From the NCBI RefSeq assembly GCF_039555335.1, contig NC_092646.1, positions 58,138,946 through 58,202,945 on the forward strand: 64,000 nucleotides of DNA, in the 5' to 3' direction. The translations under genes and the position numbers were made by a program. The notes beneath the pieces were generated by a model. The model did no database searches, had not been told where the DNA came from, and worked only from the letters and a program-made list of their open reading frames with translations. This document shows, piece after piece, positions 24,379-36,965 of this stretch (positions are counted from its first letter, which is position 1; each line of letters opens with the position of its first letter). This stretch comes from Amphiura filiformis. Taxonomy: Eukaryota.

Positions 24379-24876
24379 GAGATATGGCCTGTCAAAATGG
24401 CGCGAAACCAAAACAAAAAATTGGCAACAACTTTCTTTTTATTTTCTATATTTTGACAAGTCCAGTTGCCAGATGATTTTCTAATTACATGCACGAATTA
24501 TGCAAAGTAAAGATTTCAGATAACCACATACAATTAAAAGAGCTATGGCACTGAGGCATGGTACATGGGTAGAACACACACTATAGGCCTACTACAAAAT
24601 TACGGTTGCGTTTTGGCAAATTTCAATTTGCATAATTAATTAGGGCCACTTATTAGAAAAGTTGATTAGGGCCCTAATTAATTATGCAAATGGAAATTTG
24701 CCAAAGGCATCCATGGGTTTTATATCTTATTTTGTAGCCGTTCTGAACATTTTACTTTGTATAATTCTTGCATATAGGCCTATAATTAGAAAATAAGGCC
24801 TACCTGACAACATTGCATAACAAAAATAAAAGAAAGTTGTTGCCAACTTCTTGGTTACGTGCCATTTTGACAGGCC
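24379..24876. mobile_element. Fold-back element with ~55-bp terminal arms (ggcctgtcaaaatggcgcgaaaccaaaac...gaaagttgttgccaa) and a central palindrome, ttgcataattaattagggcc...ggccctaattaattatgcaa.
   Basis: Inverted matches at 24379-24440 and 24823-24876, and at 24615-24640 and 24672-24700. Confidence 0.65.
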
Positions 24877-25105
24877 ATATTTTGGTAACCGAATATCCGA
24901 TTAAAATAAAATGTTCAGTCTTGTAATCAGGAGAGAATGGGCTCACATATTTCAATCCAATAGCGTTACCTTAAAGCTAGCACTATAAGTGTCTCCTTAA
25001 CTAATAACAAAAGGTGCCCACTGGTATCTTGGAGGCATTGTCTTTTTTAAAGACATTTCTTGTTTTCATTGTTGATGAGTTTTTGATATTATTTAATACA
25101 TTAGG

Positions 25106-25386
25106 GACCGTTCACAAACACTTGTAACGGGGCCCTGATGCAAAAAAAGGGGAGGGGGGCTGAAATCTTTTGACCCTCCTAAGTGGGGCCCTGAAAAAAA
25201 TGACCACAAATTTCCTGGAAAATTGAGTTCATATGCTTTTCTATGGGGTTGACCCATAATTTTCATGTCAAAAAAAAAAGGGGGGCCTTGAAATTTTTGA
25301 GACCTGTAAAGGGGGGGCGAAACATTTTCACGATAATTTTTTTTTGCATCAGCCCCCCCCCCTTACAAGTGTTTGTGAACGGTCAC
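25106..25386. mobile_element. MITE with 22-bp TIRs (gaccgttcacaaacacttgtaa). The interior holds repeated ggggcc[c/t]tgaaa...tttga[c/g]c motifs and G/C homopolymers.
   Basis: Direct reading. Confidence 0.7.
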
Positions 25387-28346
25387 TTATAGTTTTCTCA
25401 TTACCATCCTTAAATTTGACGACCCAAATCAATGTATTTCCGGAGATACCAAGGAAAAAAAATGATGGTTTTTTGTATAATTAATGTTTTGATTATTTAA
25501 TGTACAATTATAATTATATGTTATAAGGTGGTACATCGTTTTCAGGCCTCTTGGCCTTGTGATGTGCCTGCCTTCATCAATACTTGTTAATGTGCAATAA
25601 TTTAATTTACCTCTGTTGTTACATTGTATGCTTTATGAGATTGATGAAAAATAAAAGATTGATTGAATGGTATACCACTTTTTGATTCTGGGTAGGAAAG
25701 AATGAATCCGTGAATTTGGTCCGTTTTACTCCCATAGCGTTCGATTGCGATCAGTTATACTCCGCATGAAATATAGGTCCAAAATAATACTCTCTTTAGA
25801 CCCCCCCCCACACACCCCAATATTGGGTAAAATTTGAAAGATGAAAAGAAAGTAGTAGGAAAAATTTAATTAAAAAAAAAAAACTCATGTCACGGAAGGA
25901 CGGTCGATGATCAGTGAGGGGTGCGTTAGCGAACTCAAAAGTAGTACGAGCGTACAGAAAAGAGAGTTCTCGCGTACGCCAGTTGAGTGCTCGCTCAGAT
26001 GAGGGATGCCGCCAGACCCGAACGCTGTACCGGCGTCATCAGCTGAATTCATACACCCTAGAGGGCACCGGGCACATATAGGGAATATTCCAATCTATGT
26101 ATTTATTAATGTATGGTTAAACTAACCAACTAACGCACCCACCAACGCCTCGGCACTTCGCGCCTGAATGAGTTCGGCCTCGACCCGCATGTGAAAAATC
26201 TTCCTGCCTATATGATTTTAAGTGACCAAGAGGAGGAGGGGTAGCTCCCCCTGTCTTACCCCGATACACTTTTTACGAAAAAGGCGCATAGTGGCGTATC
26301 TTGATTACGTGATCCCAGTAACGCCCCTATGGGATACACTTCTTCGTAAAAAGTGTATCACATAGTGGCGTATCGTGACGCCACTATGTGATGCCTACAT
26401 CAGTGGAAACTTTATGATAGAGACATTGCGATTTCCAAACGTAGACATCGGACGTACGTTGATCTATTCAAAACCACTCTCCTGTATCGAAGCGAGGTCA
26501 CGTATTTAGCTATTTTGGAAGATATTCCACGTGCGAAGTCGACGTAGATACATCGTTGAAAATGCACAAAATTTGTCCATTTCACAATATGTTAAAGACA
26601 GTCAAAGATAATGAACATATGAAGGAAAGTCTAATTATTATTATGATCCTTTTTGTTTGTAACAAATCATTATAATAAAGGTACAGCGATGTGTTAAAAA
26701 TGGATTTATTTTAAACGCAATATTCACACGCAGAGATTGCCCATTGAAATGTGTGTGATACTTTGCGTTGGAAAATGACATTGCGGTTTCCCATTTTGGA
26801 TTCCAACGTAGAATAAAAACGCAGATGGTACGTTGAAATATGCTGATTTGACCTCATGTTTAAGTCCATGCAACGCGCCCAATTTTCAGGACGAAAAAGT
26901 CTCATTTTAAAAGTAAAGTCATGATGTATGTATGTAGTGATCTTTAATCTACCAAAATATATGTTTTTGGGCAACTATAATATTTGTGGAGCACAAAAAA
27001 ACAATTAGGTTTAATCAGCATGTAGGTCAAAATTTTAATCAAAATCAAAAGCGGTCTGTTTGAATTTAGGCAGAGACTCAGCTCACTGTTATTTTTTCAA
27101 TCACTATGCCCTCTATCGACCTAGGTTAGAAGCTGTTAGATTAGATCAAATATAATAGTCTTTATTCTCATCTAGCTGTCTTGTTCTCCTTCGTGACGAA
27201 TGAGCACAATCCAGTCTGGAACCGAGACTAGCAATATTTAACATCGTATTAACGTACGCAAAAACGTACGCGAAAACGTACGTTCCACGTGCTGCGTTTG
27301 GAAAATCGCAATTATGCTGTCAGTTGTTTAATTCTTCATCCCGATACAGCAAACCAGTATAAGTTTAATGACTAATTAAAATTAATTTTCATATGCATTC
27401 ACCAACTGTTCCTAGCCGAGTATCTTCAGTAGCCAGAGCAGGCACATCAGCTAGCCATATCCTTTACTATGTCTTGTTCTCATTGGGTTAGTGGTGATTC
27501 CACCTTAGCCTTCTGCTCATCCATATTGTTGCAAACCTTTCTATGGAGTGGTTTAAACAATAGGCGCTAAAACAGCTGACCACAAAACGCGTATTTGGCT
27601 TCGATACGTAGACGACGCCTTTCTTGTTATTGAAGCGAATGAAGCGCAGCAGTTAACAGACAATATCACGTTTTTTAAACAGACATACACTAAAGCAAAG
27701 CATGAAGAAGTCCTAAGATACTTCAAGAACACACCTCAAAACAAATCATTTTCTGACATACTGCGCACAACAAATTCCTTCTCGTCTGGTTTCGTACGAA
27801 GCGTCGGGAAGTATTTAACTCTCTTCACGCGGGTGTCGACTGCAGACGACATGTTTCAAATTTTTTTTTTTAAATCAAAAATTTCAAAAATGTAAATTTT
27901 CATGACCATATTTGGAATCAGCTTGAAAAATGCATTAAAATGAGTACAAATAAGCCTAGTATTGGTTCAGTAGTTCTTAAGATAGCTCTTGATATTTTGA
28001 GAAAACATTTCAAAACTTTTTTTCCGTTGAAGCGCATGGCTAGCAAGCAGAGCATTAAAAAGAAGCAAAATTACCATAATGACTACATCAAGTTTACTAA
28101 TAACTAATTACAAATGGGGGTTAGGCGGTTTTTGCCCAAAGCAATTGGGATCATTGACAGATAATAAAAAGCGCAGTGATTTATTTTTTTTTGATAGATA
28201 ACTTTTCAGGAAAAAATATGCACCGTGCGCACAAGAATTTGCAATTTGCAATCTAAAATAGGTTAAACTTGTTCTTTTATGGATCAAATGGACATTTAAT
28301 TTACTGAAAAAGTATATGAGAGCTAAATATCCTTTAAATTTTTCAG

Positions 28347-28454
28347 ATGAATGTGAATCCAACCCTTGTCAAAATGGTGGTTTTTGTATAGATGGTGTCA
28401 GCCAGTATAACTGTATCTGCCGAAGTGGATTTTCTGGAACAAGATGCATGACAA
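28347..28454 (+). CDS. Calcium-binding EGF-like domain exon of 108 bp in phase 1-1, encoding (D)[35 protein letters not shown].
   Basis: Acceptor tttaaatttttcag|AT and donor ACAA|GTAAGT. The peptide has the cbEGF signature D-x-D/N-E-C, six Cys and the Asn/Tyr hydroxylation context. The symmetric phase 1 is classical for EGF modules. Confidence 0.85.
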
Positions 28455-28483
28455 GTAAGTACACGCTCATTGCTTTACGGCAT

Positions 28484-28760
28484 GGGGGGAGCGTGGCCTA
28501 GCGGTTATGGCGTTGGATTGTGAATCAAGAGTTCGAATCCCAGGTACGCCTGAGCTTGGCTGGCTCTTTGTGTCCTTGAGCAAGGCACTTCACTCTACTT
28601 GCTTAGTGCTTCGGAAGGCACTTTAAACTGTCGGTCCCGTGTACATGCATATTTTCTCACATTAATGTAGTGTGCACGTTAAAGAACGTCACAGGCTATT
28701 CGAAAAGAGCAGGGGATCATCCCGGTACTGTTGATTGTACTTCAAAAATACACTCATCTA
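28484..28760 (+). mobile_element. tRNA-derived SINE inserted 30 bp downstream of the EGF exon donor.
   Basis: Head gggggagcgtggcctagcggttatggcgttggattgtgaatcaagagttcgaatccc, with D- and T-arm-like motifs, followed by a ~200-bp body. A related minus-strand copy lies at 17895-18195. Confidence 0.5.
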
Positions 28761-28884
28761 CTCTATAGGTTGAATACAAAAGTTAAAAGTAGGAAACTAC
28801 CGTGAAGTATATAAAATTGGGCGAGCTTTCGGCCATAGGCCTTTTTCATAGCCATGATATAATACTTGTGAAAACAAAACATAC

Positions 28885-28990
28885 ACAAGAAAACGCGAGC
28901 GGAAAAGCACTAAAATCGCGAGCGGGGAAGCAAAAAAAACGCGAGCGGGAAAGCACAAAAAACGCGAACGGGGAAGCACAAAAAAACGTG
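28885..28990. repeat. Four tandem units of 27 bp (aaaacgcgagcgg[g/a]aaagcac[t]aaa), probably the 3' UTR repeat of the adjacent Penelope-like fragment.
   Basis: Direct reading. Confidence 0.7.
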
Positions 28991-28996
28991 AAGGGC

Positions 28997-29404
28997 CTAA
29001 CGACGGAAAGCGGGAAAATCAACGTTCATTCCTGCAGGCGTAAGTGTTCCTGAATTGAAAATTAGCTGCTGTTCATCTTTGCGGCGACTTGCCGTATTAC
29101 CGTGGCATTTTTTGAGTCCAGTAATTTGCATGTCTTCCTGGCTGTGACCATTCGTTGAAAAATGTTTAGCAACTGGTTTGGTGATGTCCCCTCTGTTGGT
29201 ATCTCTGAGATGTTCCCGAAAACGTTCTGATATCATTCGTCCAGTTTCACCGATGTACACTGAAGCGCATTTTCGACATGTAATGGCATATATGCAGTCC
29301 TTAGTGGTGCAAGTGAAGTCATCCTTGATGTTAAAGTTATCTTTGGGACCGTAGGTTCCAGAGCAAAAAATAAGTACAGCTTGTCTGTACGCAGTGTGAT
29401 AATA
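28997..29404 (-). pseudogene. C-terminal fragment of a Penelope-like retroelement ORF, covering the GIY-YIG endonuclease domain. The peptide is ...GPKDNFNIKDDFTCTTKDCIYAITCRKCASVYIGETGRMISERFREHLRDTNRG...PVAKHF..GHS.EDM...GLKK*. It is truncated upstream by the fold-back insertion at 29411.
   Basis: The minus-strand frame is open from 29404 to the stop at 28997. The pattern C-x-(V/I)Y-x-I-x-C-x-x-C-x-x-x-YIG(E/Q)TGR-x-L-x-x-R-x-x-EH is characteristic of PLE EN domains. The ORF-track entry 28997-29260 starts at a GTG codon and is a partial view. Confidence 0.6.
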
Positions 29405-29410
29405 CTCATA

Positions 29411-29764
29411 TCGTTATGAATACGGCAGACGGCCGAATCCAGATTCGACTTTTGGTAAATTCATTTTACACATGCATTACATTTGAATTCGAGAACAAGG
29501 GATCAATGCTATATCTATAGAGGGCAGCATATCGATTTTTTAACGGTTGCCGTCGGTGACCGTACTGTGATGCACCGTCAACTAACCTTGTATGCCGCCC
29601 TCTTTTGATTACTTATCATCTGGTCTCCGTTAAAAAAATGATATGCTGCCCTCTATCATGTACAGCATGGATCCCTTGTTCTCTAATTCAAATGTAATGC
29701 ATTCGTAAAATAAATTTACCAAAAGACGAATCCGGATTCGGCCGTCTGCCATATTCATAACGAA
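29411..29764. mobile_element. Fold-back element, ~350 bp, with ~95-bp inverted arms (cgttatgaatacggcagacggccgaatccagattcgac...gagaacaagggatc) and an inner palindrome (agagggcagcatatcgattttttaa...).
   Basis: Direct reading. The left arm at 29411-29505 pairs with the right arm at 29668-29764. Confidence 0.75.
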
Positions 29765-30237
29765 TGAGGGAGGCACAAGCGCATTATTGAAGACGAGAAA
29801 ATAATAATAATAATAATAATAAAAAACACGGAAAAATAGCTTTATATACCAAACAGCGCCGATTTACGCTCATTATGCTATCGTACCCAGCAAACACAAA
29901 ACGTTTTCGACATTATTCGCAAAGGTTAGAAAGGTTGCCAAAAAACGTTTAAATGTCGGGTTATAAAAAGGGTATAAAAAGGGTTATGAAACGGTTTCAT
30001 AACATTCAAAAACATTTTTTGAAAACTTTGCATAAAATATTTTCAATAAAATTTTGACATTTTAAATAAAATTAAAAACGTTTTTACCAAAACCACAACC
30101 CAAAATATAACCCGTTTAAAACGTTTTTAAAACGGTTTGTGTTTGCTGGGTTGTAGTAAACTTTATTTTAATGATCCATATCAATGAAAACTTGATAATA
30201 TGCTATAAAGTTGATTTAGATATGGTTATTACCACTT
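29765..30237 (+). repeat. Paralogous intron segment, matching the sequence immediately downstream of the 32504-32632 EGF exon but lacking the exon itself.
   Basis: 29775-29880 (acaagcgcattattgaagacgagaaaataataata...cacggaaaaatagc...ccgatttacgctcattatgctat) is ~85% identical to 32637-32757. 30195-30230 (aacttgataatatgctataaagttga) matches 32912-32940. Confidence 0.6.
29886..30150. mobile_element. MITE with TIRs cccagcaaacacaaaacg / cggtttgtgtttgctggg and an interior rich in aaacgttttt motifs. It sits where the paralogous unit at 32757 carries (TAG)n.
   Basis: Direct reading. Confidence 0.65.
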
Positions 30238-30578
30238 AAAGGAGTATTTCGTGATCCTAGCATCCTCTTTTTATGACATTTTTCAGTAGATACCCACGAA
30301 AAAGCTTATTTTCAAAATTTCAGTTGATTCCGATTTTGCGTTTGCGAGTTATGCATGATTATGTGTATTACACTGCTCCATAGACAATGTGTTGTAATTT
30401 CGTTCTGGTGCAGAACGAAATTCAAATTTGGCGATATTTTTTGCTAAACGAATTAATCTGCAAGGAATATTTGGTACATAAACATTATGTAGCCAGAGGT
30501 ATCCAGTGGTGTAAAAATCTCAACTTTTTTTGGAAAAGTGGGGAGATGAGGCTGTGGATCACGAAATGCCCCTTTAAG
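30238..30578. mobile_element. MITE, family F, copy 1, with TIRs aaaggagtatttcgtgatcc.agcatcctc / gaggctgtggatcacgaaatgcccctttaa.
   Basis: Copies at 53219-53557 (full) and 34243-34426 (partial) share more than 85% identity. Confidence 0.7.
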
Positions 30579-31485
30579 TGGCGTAGAATTCTTTTTGATA
30601 TTTTTTTTCACTATAGTGAATCCAGCACTTTTTGGCGACAGAAGTTGATGGTAAAAATACGCGACATTTTGCCATTTTGAAGCTAAACTGGTAAAATATG
30701 GTGCAAAATGGAACCAATTCACTCGAAGCGCGCAAAAAATGGGCACTTTTTAGGCCGAAACGGTCAAATATGAGATTAATTTGGTCAGAAACCCACATAC
30801 AGACGTCAACATGGGGGGGTTGTATGGACCATCCCCTATCAAAATATTGGGGGATTTATCCCTCTCCCACGGGATCTACGCTTATAGAATCAATTGACCA
30901 GATCACTTCTTACGACGGGCTGCCATGAACTCTTCTCAATTATCTGTTGTACAGGGTGTCCCTAAAAGAACTGTATCGTTGGAAACGTAATTGTTTGGGT
31001 ATTTTAATGCCACAAATAAATGTAATTAAATAACTGGTGTGGTTGAGGAATAAATCAGCTATCACATACTTTTTAAATTTTGACAATTGACTGCACCGTT
31101 CTTGAAAGGTAATAATTTTACTAAACTCCCTCATTTTCAAACCTCTCCACGGATTCAAAATATCAATCGATGATCTGTATTCGGAGTGCTAATCACTGTG
31201 CATCATCAGCGCATGAGGCATCGGTTGTCATGAGATATTTGACTCCGTAGAACTGATTGAAAATCAGGTAGTTTCGTAAATTACTTTATTTCAAAAACGG
31301 AGCGGTTAATTGTCAAGTTCCAAAGTATGTGATAGCGGATATATTCCTCAACCACATCGGTTATTTATATATGTTTGGTTTATGCGTTAAAATACTCAAA
31401 AAATTCGGTTCCCGACTATACAGTTCTTTCAGTGACACCCTGTATGTGTGAATGTGACCTTTATTGAGCACAGGACTATACGCTG

Positions 31486-32107
31486 GCGAAGTTACGTAAT
31501 AAATCGGATTAACCATAGTAGATGAAAATTTTTGAGCATATAGCGCTGCACTACAAGCAGGTTACACTAATCACCTGTGTATCTGCAATCAATACTGGTC
31601 TTTTCAAAGATACTAATCTTACAGGTGCAAGTGATCAGCATGATATGGTTCAATGCAGAGGTACCGCGTGAACGTATCAGTGCATTGCGGTATAGAGGGT
31701 ATTCATTACTACGTCATTGATCTGATTGCTCATGCATAAAATTCCTCCACATAGGTTGTTTAGCTTAATCGGGAGAGTGACCTCTTGAAATGATGATCAC
31801 AGTTATCTTTGAGTTATTACAGTGAGGCCCACGTACAATGTTCAACACAAAGTGAACAATGCTATAACTTGGAGGACAAACAAACCAACACCGCCAAATT
31901 CAACTTACATGTGTACAACGTGGGAAGCTATGGGGGAATTGAACACTTGTTGTCTGATCATGCATGTGTTTATGGTTCGGGTAGCGGTTACTTAGCAACT
32001 CTCGTTCCGCTTGGGTTTATTGCATACACTCTATATTCAAATATTGTTTTCACCTATTGCTATGGTAGTGAATCCGATTCGATTATTACGTAACTTAGCC
32101 AGCGTAT
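31486..32107. mobile_element. Family-C MITE copy whose arms (31486-31700 and 32035-32107) are separated by ~330 bp of unrelated sequence, suggesting a split by insertion or a recombinant copy.
   Basis: The left arm is tatacgctggcgaagttacgtaataaatcggattaacc. The right arm is ttttcacctattgctatggtagtgaatccgattcgattattacgtaacttagccagcgtat. Confidence 0.5.
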
Positions 32108-32503
32108 GAGGTACTCGTGTGGCTTGCTCGTTTGACCCGACTAAACTCTCTAAATCACAACTGTCCCTATAATTTGGTTCACATCAAGTTTGGTAGTGAC
32201 GTTACACATACGTCACTACGAAACTTGAGATGAACCAAATTATACATACTTAATGCGATTCTGAGGGAGTATGAACTGGGTGTGTTTGTACTCAAATATT
32301 GAGACATAGGCCTATAAAGCAGACACACAAGAAGAATGCTATGAGTTCTATAAAGGAGATCGTAAGGCTTCATATAGATTAAAGTACCACAACCCACGGG
32401 ATCTAACGTTGCCCACCAATGTGCTTTTCAGAGATTTCAGAGGCTCTGGACGGTTAGAGATAGAAGAGATGTGATCATGTATATGACAGCTAAATATCCT
32501 TTA

Positions 32504-32632
32504 ATTTTTCAGATATAGATGAATGTGCTTCTGGTCCTTGTCTAAATGGTGGTAGATGTAGAGATGGTGTCAACCACTATAGCTGTATCTGTCCAAGTGG
32601 ATTTGCTGGAACAAGATGCTCTGTGGAACACG
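32504..32632 (+). CDS. Second calcium-binding EGF-like domain exon of 129 bp in phase 1-1, encoding (D)[39 protein letters not shown].
   Basis: Acceptor cctttaatttttcag|AT and donor ACACG|GTAATG. The exon is ~80% identical in nucleotide sequence to the 28347 exon. The 30 bp upstream of both acceptors (tatatga[g/c]agctaaatatccttta) is conserved, indicating tandem duplication of the exon unit. Confidence 0.85.
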
Positions 32633-32757
32633 GTAATGAGACAAGCGCATTATTGAAGACGAGAAAATAATAAATAATAATAATTTTTAAAAAAACACAC
32701 GGAAAAATAGCCAAAATAGCCTCATATACCAAATGGAACCGATTTACGCTCATTATA

Positions 32758-32891
<134 letters not shown>

Positions 32892-33233
32892 CACTTTAAA
32901 AAAATCTATATGAATGGAAACTTAATAATATGCTATAAAGTTGAATAACATGTGGAACAAGAATCGCAAAACCTATATAAATATAAATAGAAACAAATTC
33001 AAAGTATAGACCTCTGGCAAGGCAACCGTTACTTAAAGTTTCACGGAATACCCTCACTTACGATCATTAAACCGATCATCAGGCGGATAATTTGTCATGA
33101 TTTCAAATTTACAGAAATGTTTATACAAGTATATACATTCTGTGGTGTCGAAAACATGACAAACCATGCCAACCAGAACAGTCTCTACTCCAAAAGTAGT
33201 CGAGAGTGCTCAACCACTAAAAATAGTGGGGGC

Positions 33234-33352
33234 GTATTATAACAAGTTTACTTTACAAGTGACTAACTTTGGAATTTAGAGTGCTCTTTGGAATTTAGAG
33301 AGCACTCTAAATTCCAAAGTTAGTCACTTGTAAAGTAAACTTGTTATAAATA
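33234..33352. repeat. 119-bp near-perfect hairpin (ttataacaagtttactttacaagtgactaactttggaatttagagtgctc...).
   Basis: Direct reading. Confidence 0.6.
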
Positions 33353-33903
33353 GAAATAGAAATAGAAATTATGAGCTTCTTCGACTCATTTTCTATACAA
33401 GGTCAACGTAGAGGAGAGCTGCCAACATTGGAATATGTAAATGCAGAAGATTTCTGCTAAGTGTAAAAAAAAGCTTAGGATGTGACGCTCTCGCGCCAAG
33501 GGCAACGGCCCTTGCGTGGGATCAGCACCACAAAAGCTCCTGGATGTTAGCTTTTTGAGACCTTAAAAATGCCTTGTCAAGGCTACTCAACCTTTTTAAA
33601 CAGGATATTGGGCGTATAATTGATTTTGTTTTGATTTTTAGCCAGATGGCTGTAAATGCAGAAGATTTAGCCAGACGGCTGCAAATGCAGAAGATTTAAT
33701 ATGTTTTGCAGAAGACAGAAGATTGTCAGCAAAAGTGGAAGACTTCTGCAGAAGTCAAGAAGGGTTGGCAGCTCTGAATAAGAAGTACATAGCTGGTTTT
33801 TAGTTAAATTGCTAAAACTGGACAAAATGTGTCTCCTGCCATCGTGTTAATGTACTATTCAAGTACTTCCGCACCCCATCCCTGGAAATGGCGGGTACTG
33901 CCG

Positions 33904-34057
33904 CAGTGGCGTAGCGTCATAGGGCACGGGGATCACGTGCCCCCAATCAATTGCAAAATTTAGAAAATCCCATAGGAAAATTGCCGAATACGGCTTGCCC
34001 CCCCATCAGACCCGGTGTCCACAATCATGATCGGTGCCCGCCCCCCGCTACGCCACT
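33904..34057. mobile_element. MITE, family A, short copy of 154 bp, with TIRs cagtggcgtagcg / cgctacgccactgg.
   Basis: The interior cccataggaaaattgccgaatacggcttgccccccc is shared with 40845-40890. Confidence 0.7.
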
Positions 34058-34242
34058 GGGTACTGGTGGTGACTGTAATCTGAGATTACATATAGATTAA
34101 CCGGTGACTGCACTCCAGGGGTAGGGCGTACTTTAGCAACAAGTCAAGAGCGGCGCTACTATATCAAGAGCGGTACTACGAGCTACTATACGTTTGGCAA
34201 GCATATGGAAAGATATAGCTACAAAACGATTCTCTTATAAAC

Positions 34243-34426
34243 GTTCTGGTGCACCAGAACGAAATTCAAATTTCACGATATCTTTGCTAAACGAATTAAT
34301 CTGCAAGAAATATTTTGTACATAAACATTATGTAGCCAGAGGTTGCCAGTGATATAAAAATCTCAACTTTTTTTGAGAAAAGTGGGGAGATGAGGCTGTG
34401 GATCACGAAATGCCCCTTTAAATGAA
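34243..34426. mobile_element. MITE, family F, partial copy (right half).
   Basis: About 88% identity to 30395-30578. Confidence 0.6.
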
Positions 34427-34794
34427 AGAGCACACTTATATTGTCCATATACTACATTCATTTCAATGAACAATGGCCAATTCCCTTTAATTGCCAATCT
34501 TGTGCGAAATGTTAGTAGTTTCGCCTGTTTTATCATGCGGTTGTAAATTCAATGAACAATGACTTTGCTTAAAGAGCGCTTACAAATTCATATGTTTCTT
34601 TGGTAGTTGAGAATTAGTCGGTATACCATGCATTTCTCCTGTTGAAGAAGACCAGGAACCATTAAGCACGGTTTACGTGCTTCTCCATTAGTTAAGCTGT
34701 AATTTGTTCTTACCCATTAATATCTGAAATATTTTAATGACTCACTACTGTATAGACATGTAGGCTATGAACGTTGACGACCATGATCGCAGTA

Positions 34795-35275
34795 TGTTTG
34801 TAAACATAAAGTCTGCATAAAAAGTAACTCAGCTGTTATATACACGCCTATAGATTCAGAACTAATAATTGTTTTCACAATGTTTCAACATAAAAAGAAG
34901 GGTGATTTATTTACGCGCATTTTGATACCCCATTTGTCCAATTTTGTTCAATATTGACAATACAGCAGTGTTTTGAAAGAAAAATACCCCAATTTAAAAG
35001 TTGCAGTTATTTGTATTGATTCGAAGATAATGGCGGGCTTTACGTGTTTACAGTGCTGGCATTATAACCACTGATTGCTATAAACTGCAACTTTTAAACT
35101 CGGGTATTACTACTGTGTTGTTAATATTGAACGACATTTGACAAATGGGGTATCAAAATGCGTGTAAATAAATCATCCTTCTCTCTATGCAGAAATATTG
35201 TGAAAACAATTATTTGTTCTGAATCTATAGGCGTATTTATAACAGCTGAGTTACTTTTTGTGCAGACTTTAGATT
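34795..35275. mobile_element. Fold-back element, ~480 bp.
   Basis: The left arm 34795-34990 (gtttgtaaacataaagtctgcataaaaagtaactcagctgttatatacacgcctatagattcag...) pairs with the right arm 35085-35275. Confidence 0.6.
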
Positions 35276-35419
35276 GTCAACATACAGCATTTAGTGTAAT
35301 AAATAACAGGTGTTGGCCAGACTGTGGTCCTTTTCTCCATGTCTCATTTTGGGCCGGTGCAAGTAAATTAGTCCACTCGTGGCCTGAGTACTTATGTGCA
35401 TGACTTTATATTATTGCAG

Positions 35420-35671
35420 ATCTTGAAATCTGGAAATGTGATGATATATTCAGGACGTCTTCAACAGAATATGTAAGAGTATTTTTCCTTCGCGGACGCC
35501 AAGCACAAAATAACGTAGGTGCTAGTGGGGGATATCACAGGGAATTCAATCCACCATCGGGCAGCATCTTCAAAGCTGGGACAATAACATCCGTCCGATT
35601 TACAGTTACCGATGAAAACACAGTCAATATTTCGTGTACATTCAAAGTGCAAGTCCAACACGACCAAAGAG
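35420..35671 (+). CDS. Candidate internal coding exon of 252 bp in phase 1-1, with an open frame of 84 codons: (D)LEIWKCDDIFRTSSTEYVRVFFLRGRQAQNNVGASGGYHREFNPPSGSIFKAGTITSVRFTVTDENTVNISCTFKVQVQHDQR.
   Basis: Acceptor tttatattattgcag|AT and donor AGAG|GTAGTC. There is no stop in 84 codons of AT-rich sequence and no ATG, so the frame is absent from the ORF track. Phase 1 at both ends is compatible with the upstream EGF exon and the downstream 36966 exon. An alternative short exon would end at the GTAAGA at 35473. Confidence 0.5.
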
Positions 35672-36965
35672 GTAGTCTACTTTATATCTTATAATACAAA
35701 ATGCACACATCAAAGAAAGAGTAAATGTAAAGCATAATTATATTGCAGTGGGAGAGGTGTAAAATTGTACTGCATTGAAAACCCCCCATAAAAATCGTAC
35801 ATTATGGCTGCAAGGCTGACAGAGTACTATTTTCTAAATTCAAAACTTTTAAGTTTAAAACCTATCATGTTATATACCATTATTTAATCATTCGTATCTA
35901 AAGTATTTCAGAGTTTATTATAGTATGCAAACGGTATGCTTATTTACAGCAGGTCTCATTTTCTTAGCATATATAAAGCACCCGGTTAAAGTATTTACTA
36001 CTATTTCATTAGGACTGAGGAAGAAAGTGGACTTTTAGGTTCAAAAGATTTTAAAAAAAAACCAACACGATACGTGATAAAACATGATACTAAATTCGTA
36101 ACTTCATAATATGGATCTAAGGATAGAAAATGAGTGCTTCTGAGTCGAGAAGACCAAAAGTCGGCATTTTCCTTTTTAACGTATGCTTGCATGTTCGTTT
36201 TTTGCTTGATACCATCTTATATTCCCTCCAATAATTCGACAATACCTTTCTCAAATAGCTAGATCAAATTGTCCAAGTGCAATGTTGGTAATTCTAATCA
36301 GAGATTAATACGGTATCATGCAATTGAATACATGAATACAAAAGCCACCTAAGTCCATGCGAAGTTATTTTGAGAGAAAAACCCGTGTATCATTTTAATT
36401 CCTTCAGTTAGATTTACCTGGTCAATATGGTAAGTTTTACATGCAAATGAGTGGATTAACCTGTATTAGGTATGACGATTAGCATTTCAGGGACTTCGTG
36501 GGGTTCATTTTAAATTTTGGACTTTTTTGGTTTTTTGAATCATATACAAAGACAACAATGTTAGAATGAGATTACCACTAGTAAGATAATACAAAATAAA
36601 GCACACAGGTATGTATAATGTAGATAAGCATTCTGCCATGTAATATAAACCACACACTTTCCTTTATTAAACCCATTTTTTGTTCAAAAGTCATTCTCTA
36701 GCAATGAATGTGTTACAAGTGGACTTTTATACATACTGGATTTCAATCAATGTGTTACAAGACTCAAATCATGGAATTGGGTGATTCTTTCATACATGCT
36801 ATTTTTCACATGCCCAATAGACACAGAGAATGAATTTGAGTTGTTCTTTCATGCATATGACAGGCCTATGTATAGCAACAATTTCCCATGCTTAACTCAA
36901 TTTGGCCAAAGTATGGACTTAGGTGGCTTTTGTATTCATATATTCAATTGTTACATTTTTTACAG

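Noticed and set aside
28802-29053. Plus-strand ORF with a Lys/Glu/Arg-rich low-complexity peptide.
   Set aside because: It arises from the 27-bp tandem repeats at 28885-28990. The real coding signal here is on the minus strand (the Penelope-like GIY-YIG fragment).
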